NCBI GenBank assembly: GCA_051362555.1 | Contig: CM120642.1 | Span: forward strand, 6,820,001-6,884,000 | DNA from: Lingula anatina | Taxonomy: Eukaryota; Animalia; Brachiopoda | Reading direction: 5' to 3' | DNA length: 64,000 nucleotides | In this document: in pieces, positions 51,120-63,800 of the stretch | How the letters are laid out: each line of letters opens with the position of its first letter | Numbering within the stretch: the stretch's first letter is position 1 | Made by a program: the position numbers and the translations under genes | The notes under the pieces: generated by a model | What the model saw: the letters and a program-made list of their open reading frames with translations, nothing else | Databases searched by the model: none | What the model was told of the DNA's origin: nothing

Positions 51120-53580
51120 ATAGTTGTGCGTGACATATATTCCATCTTATTAAAATGTACAACTGCCAAGTTAGTGACTAACATCTGAGTGACTGTCTAC
51201 ATCTTCCTTGGTTTCCCCCCACTAATATTGATGAAAAATAACTTTGTAGATCTGAATGATTCACAGAAATGGCCCATTAGTAATGGCCTCAGCTGTCGAG
51301 ATATGCAATTACCGACCTGAGGTTGGTCAAAAGCAGTGGACTAGGAAGATTTCAAAACAACTTATTATTAATTCTATCGCCATTTAAAATACTTTCACTG
51401 CCTGCAACAATCTAGAATGGTTTTGAATAAATCTGTTGGAAGATGTCCTTCTCCTCTGGACCTGTTAGTCTTTTGTATAATTTGTCAATTCAAGGCAACT
51501 TATTTCAAGATCATAAAGACTTGTTAGAGTGATTCTTTTATCATTTAAAACAAGATTCTCCTCTGAATGGCTGCCAGCATAGGAAGTCAAAGTGGATTGT
51601 GGGATAACACTTTAACGTGGGTCGCATATGCACATTTCATGTTCCAGCATGTGAAACGTTAAAAAGTGTGTTTCACATGCCCAATGCATATGTCTGCATC
51701 CCTTGAAATATTCATATTGACTTTATGGGGATTTTTATTGCTTAAGGAGCTGGTCTGTCTCTGTAATCCATTCCAATGCACAAGTACGCAGAGACTGGAA
51801 AGATTCAATAATCTCATTTTAAAATGATTACGGTTATGAAATATTGCAATCATTTATCGTTATCTGATGTATTCTTTATGACTTTTTTGATAGAAAGTCC
51901 CGGTGCAACACTGTATTGGCAAATTAAACAGATATTTTATCTAAACAATACTACGTTATAAATCTGGATTGCAGTCTTCTGGGACTCACAAAATACCTAA
52001 CTTTATTGGAAATTACTTGATGGAAGAAGACTTAGATTTTCTTTCCTGTATCGGGTGTACTTAATACCTGCACCAAAATGAAACTCCAGAAATTGATTTA
52101 TATATAATTACCAAATTTAACAAAAAGAAAAAAATAAGGAAGCCCTTCAGTGCCATGCCTGTCGTGTATAACTCGTACAAAATGATTTCATGTGGTATTA
52201 TCCAGAAAATTGATAGATTGGTGTGCAACTAACGTGTTCTAAGGATTCAGGGATATTAGAATCATCTGTCTTTGTTATTTGCCTGGATAGTTTCCACTGA
52301 AGTTCAACCAGATGAAAATGAAATACTGAGTACATGTAAGTAACATTTGCTGTTGTCTAGATCTGCAATTATAATCAGTGTTTGCGATAATCTGCGTATC
52401 AAATACACCAATGAACCTTACTGTTTTTGTCACTGGAGTTCAAATTATGAACAAAACAAACAAACAAAAACATTTGAAATTAATTTTAAGTTCAAGTTGC
52501 AAGCAAACACAGTTTGTAGTGTACCAGTATGCCTTCTTTTTTAAAAGCCATGCAATCATCATCATCATTAAAAATCCTGGAAAAAGCATCTTTGCCTCTA
52601 CACCTTCATCCTGTGAATGTGTACAATGGGCAAAAACAAGAACAAAACCTGCTTTAAAATTGCCATAAATTTGGTGCTATAATTATATATTTAACAAAGG
52701 GAAGAGTAAATTTAGTAGTAGCTGCACGTTATATTTTGGCAGAAGTGGATTCGTTGCCAATATTTAGACTGACCTTCACATTTATGTGCCACTCGGCCTC
52801 TGACTAATGGATGATTATTATATTGCTTCTTTGGCAATGGCACATGATTATGACCTAAAGTAGGGGGTTTATTTAATCATCATTACCTTTGTTGCCAAGT
52901 TCAATAAGCATCTATCTTCATAAAGGTTCCACTCTCCAAACTAATACAGTCCATACAGTGTACATTATATGTGCAGAATGCAAACTGGATCTGGTGGAGG
53001 CTACAGGATTTTTAAGAAGTTACTACCAGAAAGAACTATTTTTATGGTAATAAATGTTTGATGAACTTGTATGCAGGTTCTCCAGACAAAAGTGAACATT
53101 AGAAACACCAATCGCTATTAATTAATTCACCATTTTTTTTATTTTGTTCATTAGTGTATTGAAAATGATGGAAGTATACTTTATCAAAATAAATAAATAA
53201 ATAAATAAATAAATTGAAAAGTAAAATAATAATAATGATGATAATTAGCATATAATTAAACAAAAATAAAAAAAATCCTCTCTCTGGTTCTGTTGTGATG
53301 TAACTTTACTGCTGCTACTGATATTGTCAGTTATATTTTGAGTAATCGGTACCACACAATTTAAAAGGTGGGTTGTTTTACAAGTTGTTTTAATATCTTA
53401 ACTTAATACAGGACCCCCACTGCCACAAGTAAATTAACTTCACCCCACTATGATGGTACATAATTACTACTACTAACAAAGCACTTTTTCAGTGATTATT
53501 CTACAAATTTGTTCAGTGTATTTTTTCCTTTCCTTTCCATTCTTTTTTCTTTTGAAAAGCAAAAAGCAGTGATATTTTCT

Positions 53581-53674
53581 TGGTTCAGTGAACTCAGCTG
53601 AGAAGTGCTTCAATTTTTCCTGTCATTTCCGATTACTCTAAGAATTGCACTATTCTGGCTGTAGTGATTGATCG
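53581..53674 (+). ncRNA. Speculative pre-miRNA-like hairpin with a miR-92-family seed on the 3' arm
   Basis: aattgcactattctggctg (53643-53661) can pair with cagctgagaagtgcttcaatt (53595-53615), with a basal stem extension. The stem is bulgy and the loop is ~27 nt. Confidence 0.15.
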
Positions 53675-55279
53675 GTGCCCAGAATTAGCAGCTCTATACT
53701 ATCTAGTCCGTGCTGCAGCCTACATTGTTACTGCGTTGCCCTTGCTGTAATTGATATCGATGTCATTAAACCGGATCCTGGTTCCTAACACCATCAATGA
53801 ACAAAGATCGCAAGCGGCATCATAACAAGCTAGTGTACCACACCATGTCAGTCTAAATTCATTTTCATCAATACTCAAGTCGATGGATGAAAGTCTCAAG
53901 TCCACTGAGCACAAACCCCTTTCCCCTTCCGCCTGTTCTTTTCCTGGAATGCTAAATGGCCTATTATGGTTAGAATCAATAAGAGACCAGGCCGTTTTCA
54001 ATATGGCAATTATTCGCTCATGCTCTGTTGAACAGACTTGCTCAGTCTGTGAAAACAATGGTGTTTGGTCTGGGTAACACGGCCAAATAAACATCACTTC
54101 CTGAGGAATGTTTGTTGTATTCACGGCCTGCTCTTCGTGGAGAAAGGACTTGCTTGTGCTTTGTTTTAAAGCCTTTTGTGAGTGCATAATTGGCTTGTTG
54201 CTAAAGCGAGGATAGCAAAGGCTTAAGACAGTGCACTTTGAATAACTGATCTCATTGTGATAACTTGTACAGTTACTTTTATTGGCACATAAGAGTGGAC
54301 ACTTTGAAAGGTAAACTTACTTATTAGTAATTCATCATTAACACCAGAAAGTATTGGTGAAATAGGTATTCTATTATCTCTTGTGCAATGATGTTAAAAA
54401 GTAAATTGTTTCTGTTGAGGAAGGGTCAGTGCCATGCCTCAAGAGATAAAAAACGCTTAGCCTCTTTGGTAATTATTAACTTTTTTGTCAATATAATGTT
54501 AGGAGGATGAAGTTCTCTTTGTTTTAAATTTTAAGACTCCTTTAACTAGATATCAACAGCAAATAAGGATAATGTTGATAAGGTTATAGGTTAGCCTGTG
54601 AACATTGATTTGGAATCCTGGCATGGTCGAGACATCAGAAAATCTTGGCTCGTCACTGGTCCTTTTCAGGGCCCTTTCCATCATGAGTGCTATATATTAG
54701 CAATACTGATCATTGACAATGTGCTTTGAGATGCCATAATTTGTAATTATGTAATATTTTGAAAATACATAATTGCCATTTAGCTATCATACTTGAATGT
54801 AATCAAAGTAATTAACTGTGATTACATTGATGAGTTTATAAACCACTTGTTTAGTTAGTTTGTATGTTTGCTTGCTTATATATAGAGAATGGACACAGAT
54901 TAGTTGTGCTTGAGAACAGTATTTCATGAATAATTTAGTTTGATAAAAGAATAAATCAATTAGTACCATATGGTTATTTAAGAGATAACTGAAGTGACAT
55001 GGCATTACCATTGATGCTAATTTAGAAATAATTTAATTTTATAGACTTCATCAAAGGCTTGAATAGGAGATGTATATCATGTACAAATCTCAAGTGTAAA
55101 AAGAAAATTCAGCCCCAAAAGTGGATCTTTTACCATAAAATATTCATTTAAGCCCCCTTTATAGACCTTTTTCATCTTTTGCGGAAATACGAAGTGAGCA
55201 TGACAGGAACCGTGCGCCACAGGGGTCATAGTGGTCCTCTGCTGTTTCCAGCATGGCAATGCTAGGTGTAGATGATGTA

Positions 55280-55330
55280 CAAGGTGCGCATATAAAAGGT
55301 CGCATGAAGCGTGCATGGCTTTCTGTCAAA
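55280..55330 (+). promoter_or_regulatory. Candidate intragenic promoter (TATA box in a CpG-retaining patch)
   Basis: Consensus TATAAAAG at 55291-55298 with GC-rich flanks, near the left edge of a ~2.3-kb patch that escapes the surrounding CpG depletion. Confidence 0.35.
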
Positions 55331-58300
55331 CTAAAAAGGTGGCTGTAGCACAGAAATGCGTAAACTGTAGGCAAGAAACAGCTATTTGGACGGAGAATCA
55401 AGCAATTAAATATTTTCTTTCTCAGTTTAAATACGATGCGCTTTACAACTAGACTTCACCTAAGCGTCCGAGCCTTGGCTGTACTTTCAATAGTGATGAC
55501 GAACTAAAGCTTCGGAGTTCTTTTAAATGCTTCCGATAATAAAGATATGCGAAAGAGACTCTTTATTTTTTATATATAAAATCAAAAAAGCCAGTAGACT
55601 CGTACACAGCTTTCAAGAGTGTGGACAGGTGCGCAGGCCTACGTCTTCACAATTTTGTACATGTATATATGCAAGCTGTGGCGATATCACCTCATGTACC
55701 GGCAGTGTCAATTCATTACGATTTTTATGTCTTGTTTGAAGGATATCTTAAGAGATTTTTAGAGTGATAAAATGAAAAGATTTTCTGCATTGTTTGACTC
55801 GTAGCTACTGTGTATACAGGTAAAACTGACACGCAGATCGTTCGTCGATGAACTGATTAAATCGTTTGGTACCTGATAAGGCATCAGGTGTTACTTGTTC
55901 AATTGTTCGGTAAGGCGGGCGGCCACAACTACGACCTTTCCTCTGTAATTAAAACCTTTTAAGAGTTAAACAGGTGAGACAGGAATTCTCGACTCTTTCC
56001 CAGTCGATAATTAAAGTTTACCGTGTCTTACTCTAGTAGGCCTATATGTACAAAATTTACGACAGGTAAAAAATGTCAGCCTTTCGGTCTGACAAGTATG
56101 AAAATTTTGTCAAACTGAAACAAAAACAAAATTGTAGCAAGAGGCCAAATTATTTGATTTTTAAATGTTTTCATGCGTATTTTCATCGTTTTCAATCACA
56201 GACAATTAAATCATTCAAATAAAGTGTTTCCCACACATTTCATACTTTTCAACTATCTAAGACAGTTAAATATACGTAGGCCTACTTTAATACTAAGCAT
56301 ATTTGTATTACTTTACAAAATACGTTGTTGGATTATGTTTATTATCCATTTTGTCTTTACCATAAATGTAATTATGTACGTGTAGCTTACAGAAAGGCTT
56401 TTCTGCATTTTTTGTATTTTCCAATTCTCTTGTCATTGAGTTCAGAAATAAATAACTTTTTATTTCGCCGATAACGCGTTCAACAAGAGCCGATGTACTT
56501 TCTTCTTCGTATGTCTCTGTTGATCTTGATAATATGAGCCCCGTTTGTACAAATCAGTAATACGTATACGGGACTGAATGCATAATAATAAAAATTTTAT
56601 TAACGTCTCACGTTAAAAAATAGAACCCACCCTGCTAAGGGTTATTAGAGACTAAAACCTGTGATGGGCCTACAACATTTAAAATGATCACTTATCAATA
56701 AAACACACAAAGGATATTACATACAAAACTTTTCAAACCTTCTCTTTGTTGTTACACAAAAAGGCGTGAAAGTTCTTGAATTTTTTGTAAGTAGAATCCC
56801 CGTGTAAAACTTCACAGCTTTAACTTTCTTTTTCCATAATCTCATGCTTGAAGTCTTTTCTTAATTTTTAGGCCCCGGCCTATTCATTTTTTTCTTCAAA
56901 TCTTTATAATGTTTTTTTTTCTCGCATTTTTTACCCCCGAGTTCTATTTGCCGATAGTTAGTTATATTCGTTGTTTAACTAAGCATTTCTGTTTTTTATT
57001 AAAGCACCGCGTTGATCTCCTAATATTATAGTTTTTCTTCCCGCCTTCGAAATGTTCAGCGCAAACGCGGTGCCCTGCTTTTGATCCAAACATGCTATAT
57101 TTTCCTTTCTTTCTACCATATTTTTCATTCTAACGGGTTTGTTGGGAACTTATTAAACCTCATGTGTCGATCTCGCTTACTGTTATTGTAGTAGCGGGAC
57201 AAAAAGCACATAAACCCAGCCATGGTTTTTAGCACCGCTGTAAGTGTTTCGACGTAGCAGGGCTCCCCTACCCACAATGCAATTTCAATTTCCGGAAAAG
57301 ATGAAAAAGGCTAATACTGGACAGTGTCCTTTCTGCGTCCCGCAGTATGGCCCTGTTTTAGAGTAAAATAAAATATAATATATCATGTGCTGACTGCTGG
57401 CGGTTCTTAAGCATTCATTCTGCAACCAGAGAGATGCTTGTGCCTGCTTTCTACATGTACGACTGCAGCGATGCCAGTTTCATGGTCGCACAAAGAACGC
57501 AGAAAGGATCCAGTGTAAGGGGGCCTTTACCTAGATCAAATTTGACCCAGACACAGAAAAAAGGGATAGTTCATTCCTTCCCCCTCTACAAGCTTAAAAT
57601 TGAAAATTATTGTAGCTTTTCTCAGACACTGTCACTGTCTGAAGGAGATCAGTTAAACCTGTCCCTGTCGCCAGACCACAGTGTCTCTTAATGATAAGAG
57701 AGGCACATTTTTGAGACCCAAATAATTTCTTGACCATGGGCTAGAAAGGAAACTGCACACTAATTAGGGATATGCCATCATCATGTGAGAGGAGAGATAT
57801 GGCGTTCCCCTTCCTCGGTTTTTACATTTTGTGATTTTCAGTCTGAAAAACAGGAAAATGTACTTACATGTGAATTTTGGAATCTGGAATTTTGCTCAAT
57901 GTTTTAATCCTTAATTGTTCTTTCAGTGACCATTATTTTAAGGTAATGAAAACGCTTCTGTTTTCTCATTTGCATGCACTTTTTCCATGTAAATCTCCTT
58001 GTCCGAGTTTCAGAGACAATGTATCATATACAGATTTTAAAAAGAATAAGCTGTTAGCCCATTGGAATCCAGCTTCATGGTATTACCCTCTCAAAACAAT
58101 TGCCTTTATCAGGCTTGCAGGTGTATGTGTGTGAGGGGGGTGGGGGGTTCGAAAGAATTGCCCTTCGGCCAGCAAATGTCAAGTGTGAATCAAAATTTGA
58201 TCAACATACAGGAATATAGCTAGGTTATATGTCTTTTATCATATTAGGTCATAGCAGGGGGTAAAAAGGGTCTTATTAAAAAACAATAAAAGTAAAATAA

Positions 58301-58520
58301 AATTCCCAGCTGTAGGCCTGTTTATTGTTATGTTTAAAATGCCACGTTCTCTTTTATTTCCTGGGGTTCCATAATGGCTATATTAAAGATAGCTTTATTA
58401 AAATGTGTAAAATATTTTGGATGATGTTATAAATTAGCAATGAAATAATACCAGAAAGAAATTGATCAGTGAATCCAAATATATAGACAGTGTACAGAGT
58501 ACAAATCTGATGACAGAGTA

Positions 58521-58740
58521 GGGACCCATTACTATAGACACTGTCAGTCTACATGGATCGACCTAACTCTGTGGGGACTCTTGCTGACTGCAATCAGCTT
58601 TAACATAATAACTTCCTCCTGGAGTTAAGCAGATTATTATATGAGTATGGTGGAAACAAGAGGAGGCGTGTCATTGCACAGGCATCGCAAAGTTGGTTCA
58701 GTCCACCTGGACCGATACTGTCTATATGGAAATGTGGTCT
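58521..58740. mobile_element. Palindromic MITE (~220 bp)
   Basis: Left arm gacccattactatagacactgtcagtctacatggatcgacctaactctgtg versus the reverse complement of the right arm, gaccacatttccatatagacagtatcggtccaggtggactgaaccaactttgcg. A second partial copy lies at ~49990. Confidence 0.7.
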
Positions 58741-59000
58741 AAGAGGAAAAAGCACTTCAGATCAGTTTTAATTGGTCCCTAGATCATTGTTTTTTTTCTT
58801 TGTCTTTTTGTCGAGATAACCTTCTGGCTTCCTATCAATAATTAGTCTAAAATGTGATTATTCACTTCTGGAGTCATATTTATTGGGAAATCTGAAAAAT
58901 GTATGTCTGTGGTTTGTTAGTGGCATCGATTTGTGCAGTACATGGTATCTATTTGATGCGTGTACATAGACTAACTATCTATTCGTTTTATACTTTTCAG

Positions 59001-59059
59001 ATAAAATTTTCAAAGAAGTGGATGTTGCAGACAACAAGCATTTAACTAAGTGTGTAAAG
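59001..59059 (+). other. Internal exon, 59 nt (5'UTR or coding xKIFKEVDVADNKHLTKCVK)
   Basis: Branch point ACTAAC (58970-58975), polypyrimidine tract with TTTTCAG acceptor (59000) and donor AAG|GTATGT (59060). Only one reading frame is open. Confidence 0.7.
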
Positions 59060-59127
59060 GTATGTGTAGTTTTAACACATTTATAAAGAAGGTTATTTAT
59101 TATGAAAGTACAGTGTTTAAGGAAAAC

Positions 59128-59154
59128 AAAAAAAAAAAAAAAAAAAAAAAAAAA
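59128..59154. repeat. Poly(A) tract (27 nt)
   Basis: Uninterrupted A run. Confidence 0.9.
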
Positions 59155-60639
59155 CCCGACATACTTGACACAGCATGGTTATCATGCAAAACTAGAAAAT
59201 ATCATTGATTTGTGGTATGCCTTCTGTATTTCTTTGTTATTTGCCTGTTTTTTTTTCCTCAGCATTTTCGCAGACATATGACCCTATTCCTCTTTCCTTC
59301 CAATTTTCAAAACCTTAACCACAAACAACATCCAATTTTTGGTTGTTTATTGCAGTTTGGTTGACAATTGTTGTGTTTTAATATATAGAGGGGCAGAAGG
59401 GTAGAGATAGACTTGCAACCAGTCTGATGGAAAAGAATGGGGTTAAGTGCTCTTAGAAATAGCCATGCTTGGTTTTAGGTCTTACTAAACTGAAGCATAA
59501 AAAGCCATGCATGCCTGCCTGGTAGTGCTTAAGCTAATCAGTCTGAAACAATAAACAATATTGATTATAAATTTATTCTTCATCTGATCCAGTTAACAGA
59601 TCAGGTGCTTTGATCTTGAATGTATGAAAGAGAAATATATCTGCAAGTGATAGTAGTGAGTATTGATTATTTTGTAGCATTATCTTTGAATTATCAGATG
59701 ATGAAACAAACTAATGCTTTGATCATGTCTGAAATATAAATATGTGATATTTTTGTTTATTAATGGTATTACTTATCAGATACAGACATAACAATATCAC
59801 CATGATGCTCGATAAAAAGGCAAACAACAAACAGCACAAGCAACACAAAATCAGATAATAATTACATCACTGTCAAATCTTCTAATGCACAAATTGGAGT
59901 TCGGTAAAATAAACAAATGATCCCTGTGTAATCAGATCAATTAACTAAGCTTACAAATATGAACTCTAAAACACACATACAAATCAGGTTTTTCATTACT
60001 TTAAAGAAGCCAAACATTGTCTTTGTGTCCTACATTTCTGCCATCCATTAATTAATGAGATATCAATTAGACCTTAAAAACAAATATATGGCACTTAAAG
60101 TGTGGTTTGAAATAAACATCTATAATATGATATTTCATTATGTTTGATTGTCATACTCTTAATGATTGGCAGCTGATAATGATGATAACAGAAAAACAAA
60201 CACAGAGGTAGAATGACAAGCAAAAATGGTTCATTAAAGGATAATAGCTCAAGTAGAGAGAAGCTAGTTTCAAAGTGCCATTCCTATTAAAATAACTGTA
60301 TTAGCCTAATTGTCTCAGAAATATCATGTCTGTTAATTAGCCTTATAAATTAACTAGCTTAAACAAACATAAATCTCTTTTAATTAACTTGATAAGAACA
60401 TTTATTAGTGAATTGCTTGCTGAAATCTAAAAAAAACTCTGTTTTTTAAATTAGATGGTTTAAAAGCACTGTTCCCCAAATTAGCTTATCTTTTAATTGG
60501 TCTTTGACTTTTCAGATCCCAAAACACAACCTCACTGGCTAACATATATAAATGTGTGTTTAGACCACAACTCTAGTGGACTGAAAATCAGCCTAAAATA
60601 TGTCAGTTAATGGTCAGATTATTGCAACATCCCAGATAT

Positions 60640-60860
60640 GTTGGAGTTTTCATTCCCCATCCTGACGCCACATTTAGGGACAGTTTATGGTCTTGAATAG
60701 GCGAGGTCTGAATGCGGCTGAAGCCACCATGCACAGCTGCCCTCTTCTGTGCACAGAGTTAAGGTGTGGTGCATGGCTGTAGTTTTCTCTACCTGTAGTG
60801 TGTCCAAACATGTGGGTTCCTCCTCGCAGTTGGTGCCCACTCATGTCCATACACACTTAT
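60640..60860. mobile_element. GC-rich, TG/CA-rich island, probable transposon relic
   Basis: Abrupt GC-rich block in an AT-rich intron, with an imperfect palindrome ccatgcac...tctgtgcacaga...gtgcatgg (~60727-60777). Family not recognised. Confidence 0.3.
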
Positions 60861-63800
60861 TTAATTAGTGTTGCTGTAGGGTGGTCAGTCCCTCTTGCTG
60901 TGAGCACATTAACACAGAGAGAGCATACCTCATATCTTATATGTACTAGTAGTGACCAATGCTGACCATGCAGTGTAGTGGTCAGTATTGACAGATCTGT
61001 ACACTAGCACTGGTCAGAACCTTTGCTGTAATTATATGTGAACAAAGTGGTCATCAGCAGGGAACACATGAGGGAGAGAGAAAGAAAGAGGGAATACAAT
61101 GTAGAAACTAGAGTGGACCAAGTATAATTAAAGGAAAGGTAAACATATATATTTCTACTACAAACTGCTTAAGCAAAAATCATGCACATATTACTGCCGC
61201 TGAAGGTAAAAAGGATAAAACCCAGCCAAGGGATTTTAGTATGGATAGAAAAAAATTAGGAAGAATATGTATATGTACTGTAGGTCTGTTGGGTGGAGTA
61301 GGGGGGGTGTAGGGGAAAGGAGGTTTCTTGGAAACTAAATGTTTTTTTTTTGTGTTCTGTGTCAGTACAGAATCACAGGTAGGTAAGTTTAAGTGGTAAA
61401 AGAAGTCTAATTTTTCAGAAATTGTAATTGCTGGTTTCAGACCTGACATGTACATTACATGAACTTTTATGCCAGCTCATCTTTATCATTTTCATAAGAA
61501 TAAATTCTAGTATTTTTTTAATTTTCATTTTTATAAAAAGTGACGTTTGACCATTTGGCATGCACAGTTGCATGTTTGTTGAATATGTTTCGTATTGTCT
61601 CGTACACAAAAGGTTAAACGAGAGGAAAAAGATAAATATAGAATGAAGAGACCTTTTAAAGACAAGTACTATGTATCCATATGGTTGCTTACTCACACAT
61701 TTACGGGTATTCAACTCATTTTCGATTATTGATTCACTATTGTTGTTGCTGTATTGTTTATTATATGGTAAACTTAAGTTATGGACATCTTGTAATCTGT
61801 CGTGTTGACAATGTGGCATCTACTTCTTGCCAAAATAATTTCTGATGAAAAACATTTGATACAAACTAATTTCAACATCTGTTGTATGCTGTCTGTTTTA
61901 GCAGCATCACTTGTTTGCATTCAAACTGATGAGGAATCAGAATTGGAAAAAATATTATTTTGCACTTGAAATTATACCAGGAATTTAATGAAAATTTTAG
62001 ATGCTACCATACATGATCATAACTTTAGACTGCATTTCATTTTTGTATAATATATTGAATATAGTCAAGGGCATATACTTACTTGTATGTAATAATAATA
62101 AAGACCATTGGATTTCTGCTGGTATAGTTCTGAATAATACACACAAAAAGTAGAATAATGGAGATAATAGACTGTTCAAGTTGGATTATTAAGCTACCTG
62201 CATAGGAGTGTCGGGTGTGACATAAAGATGACGTACCATCACAAACCAGTGCTAACTGCACGTATTCAGTGCCAACATCGTTCTGTGAAGTTCAGACATG
62301 TTGTTTTTTTCAGATTTAAATAAAAAAATCCTCCTTTTTTCTCAGCAGTTTTCTACCTTTTCATGTGGTGCCCGATCTCCAGTTGTAAGGCCACTTTTTT
62401 TCCTCTTTATTTTGCTGACAACCCAAAACTGTGTCTGGATGTTACCTCATGAAAAGGGCAGTGCACAATGGATCTCTCACATTATCTGGATTGCAGAGTT
62501 GCACATAAAGACACTGACAGATCCAGGATTGAAGAAGAGGGGTATCAAATTATTATTTTTTTAACCCTCTCTTTCCATCTTCGATATTGAACATTTAAAA
62601 AAAAAAAAACTTTTGGATTGTTTGTCATTTTTAAGTAGGTGAATTAGGATTTTGTGACCCACACTGAGACTTATCTTTCTTTTTGGGAGAAAGGGCCCTG
62701 GATCTGTCATTTTGTTTTTTCAATTCCTACCCCCCCAAAAAAAATTAATTAATTAATTAAAAAATAATAATAAAATCATCTATGAGCTGAATGGCTACAT
62801 GTACTATAAGCTTGAAACTAATCACCGAGTCAAACTTAAGGCAAGTCTAATATTGTTAACGTAAGTAGAAAAACAAAAGCTTGTTTTGGCTATTTCCCTT
62901 ATATAAAATAAATAATGACAGTAGTAGAGTAAAATCTACATCAGAGTTCTGCAGTTTTGATCCAGTTAATTGGCTACTTCATGAAGTTAGGATCACTTAT
63001 TATAAACAATCAAGATTGTGGTTGACTGTCTAAGTAGCACACAGATATTTAAATATGACGCAACATGAACGACTGTTCTTTTTGCATAAAACTCATTTGA
63101 CATGAAAGCTTATGAGACAGGCAATATGCTTGCTATGACAACTCAAATTGTTTTATAATGAAGTCACGAAAGTTCTGGCAACATATAACCTATCCTAGTG
63201 GGTAAACACATCTGAATTAAGTTAGTCTTTGCATTAAAGTAACATATGTATTGAAAAATATGTTGGAAATTTAAAATAATGTAAAGATTATATTGTTCAT
63301 CTTGGTTTTAATATGCTCAGTTTTTTTGTTAAAATAATCTTCCAGGGTAACTTTGCTGAACTGCTTCTATTAAGTTAAAAGCACTGCAAGTGCTGCAAAG
63401 ATAATTGAAAATCCCATTAAACATTTCTTGACTGACATTGGTGAGAGTGAGGAAGATGCCTTCCTAAAGATATTATGGTCATAGTTTTAGTCAGTATGAT
63501 TGTAATCTTTGTGACAATAGCTAGCACTAGTATTGGGTTATTTTGTTTCAAAGAAGTGCAGTTTTTTGTTAAATTTTCATACAGTGCTCACTTTATATGT
63601 TGTGTATATTAAATTCAGTCAAACTAGGCATAAATAAATAAATAATTAGATTGAGAGTATAAAGCAATGTAAACTGAATAATGTACAAAATCTTGGTCAA
63701 ATATGGCATAATTGTTAGCTTCAAAAACTTTCTTATAGTCAAATGAAAAAATTGAGCCAAATCAATTTGAAAAGCATCACTCGAGATCTCTCTCTAAGTC

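Noticed and set aside
53720-54187. Longest ORF in the window (155 aa, minus strand)
   Set aside because: No recognisable domain, antisense to the predicted host gene, and no supporting splice structure.
55387-55408. 11-nt match to the 5' end of miR-184 (TGGACGGAGAA)
   Set aside because: The 3' half diverges, and the only complementary arm is downstream, which would put it on the wrong (5p) arm.
60957-60990. CAGTGT-containing hairpin as an iron-responsive element
   Set aside because: Intronic, with no bulged C and a mismatched loop-closing pair.
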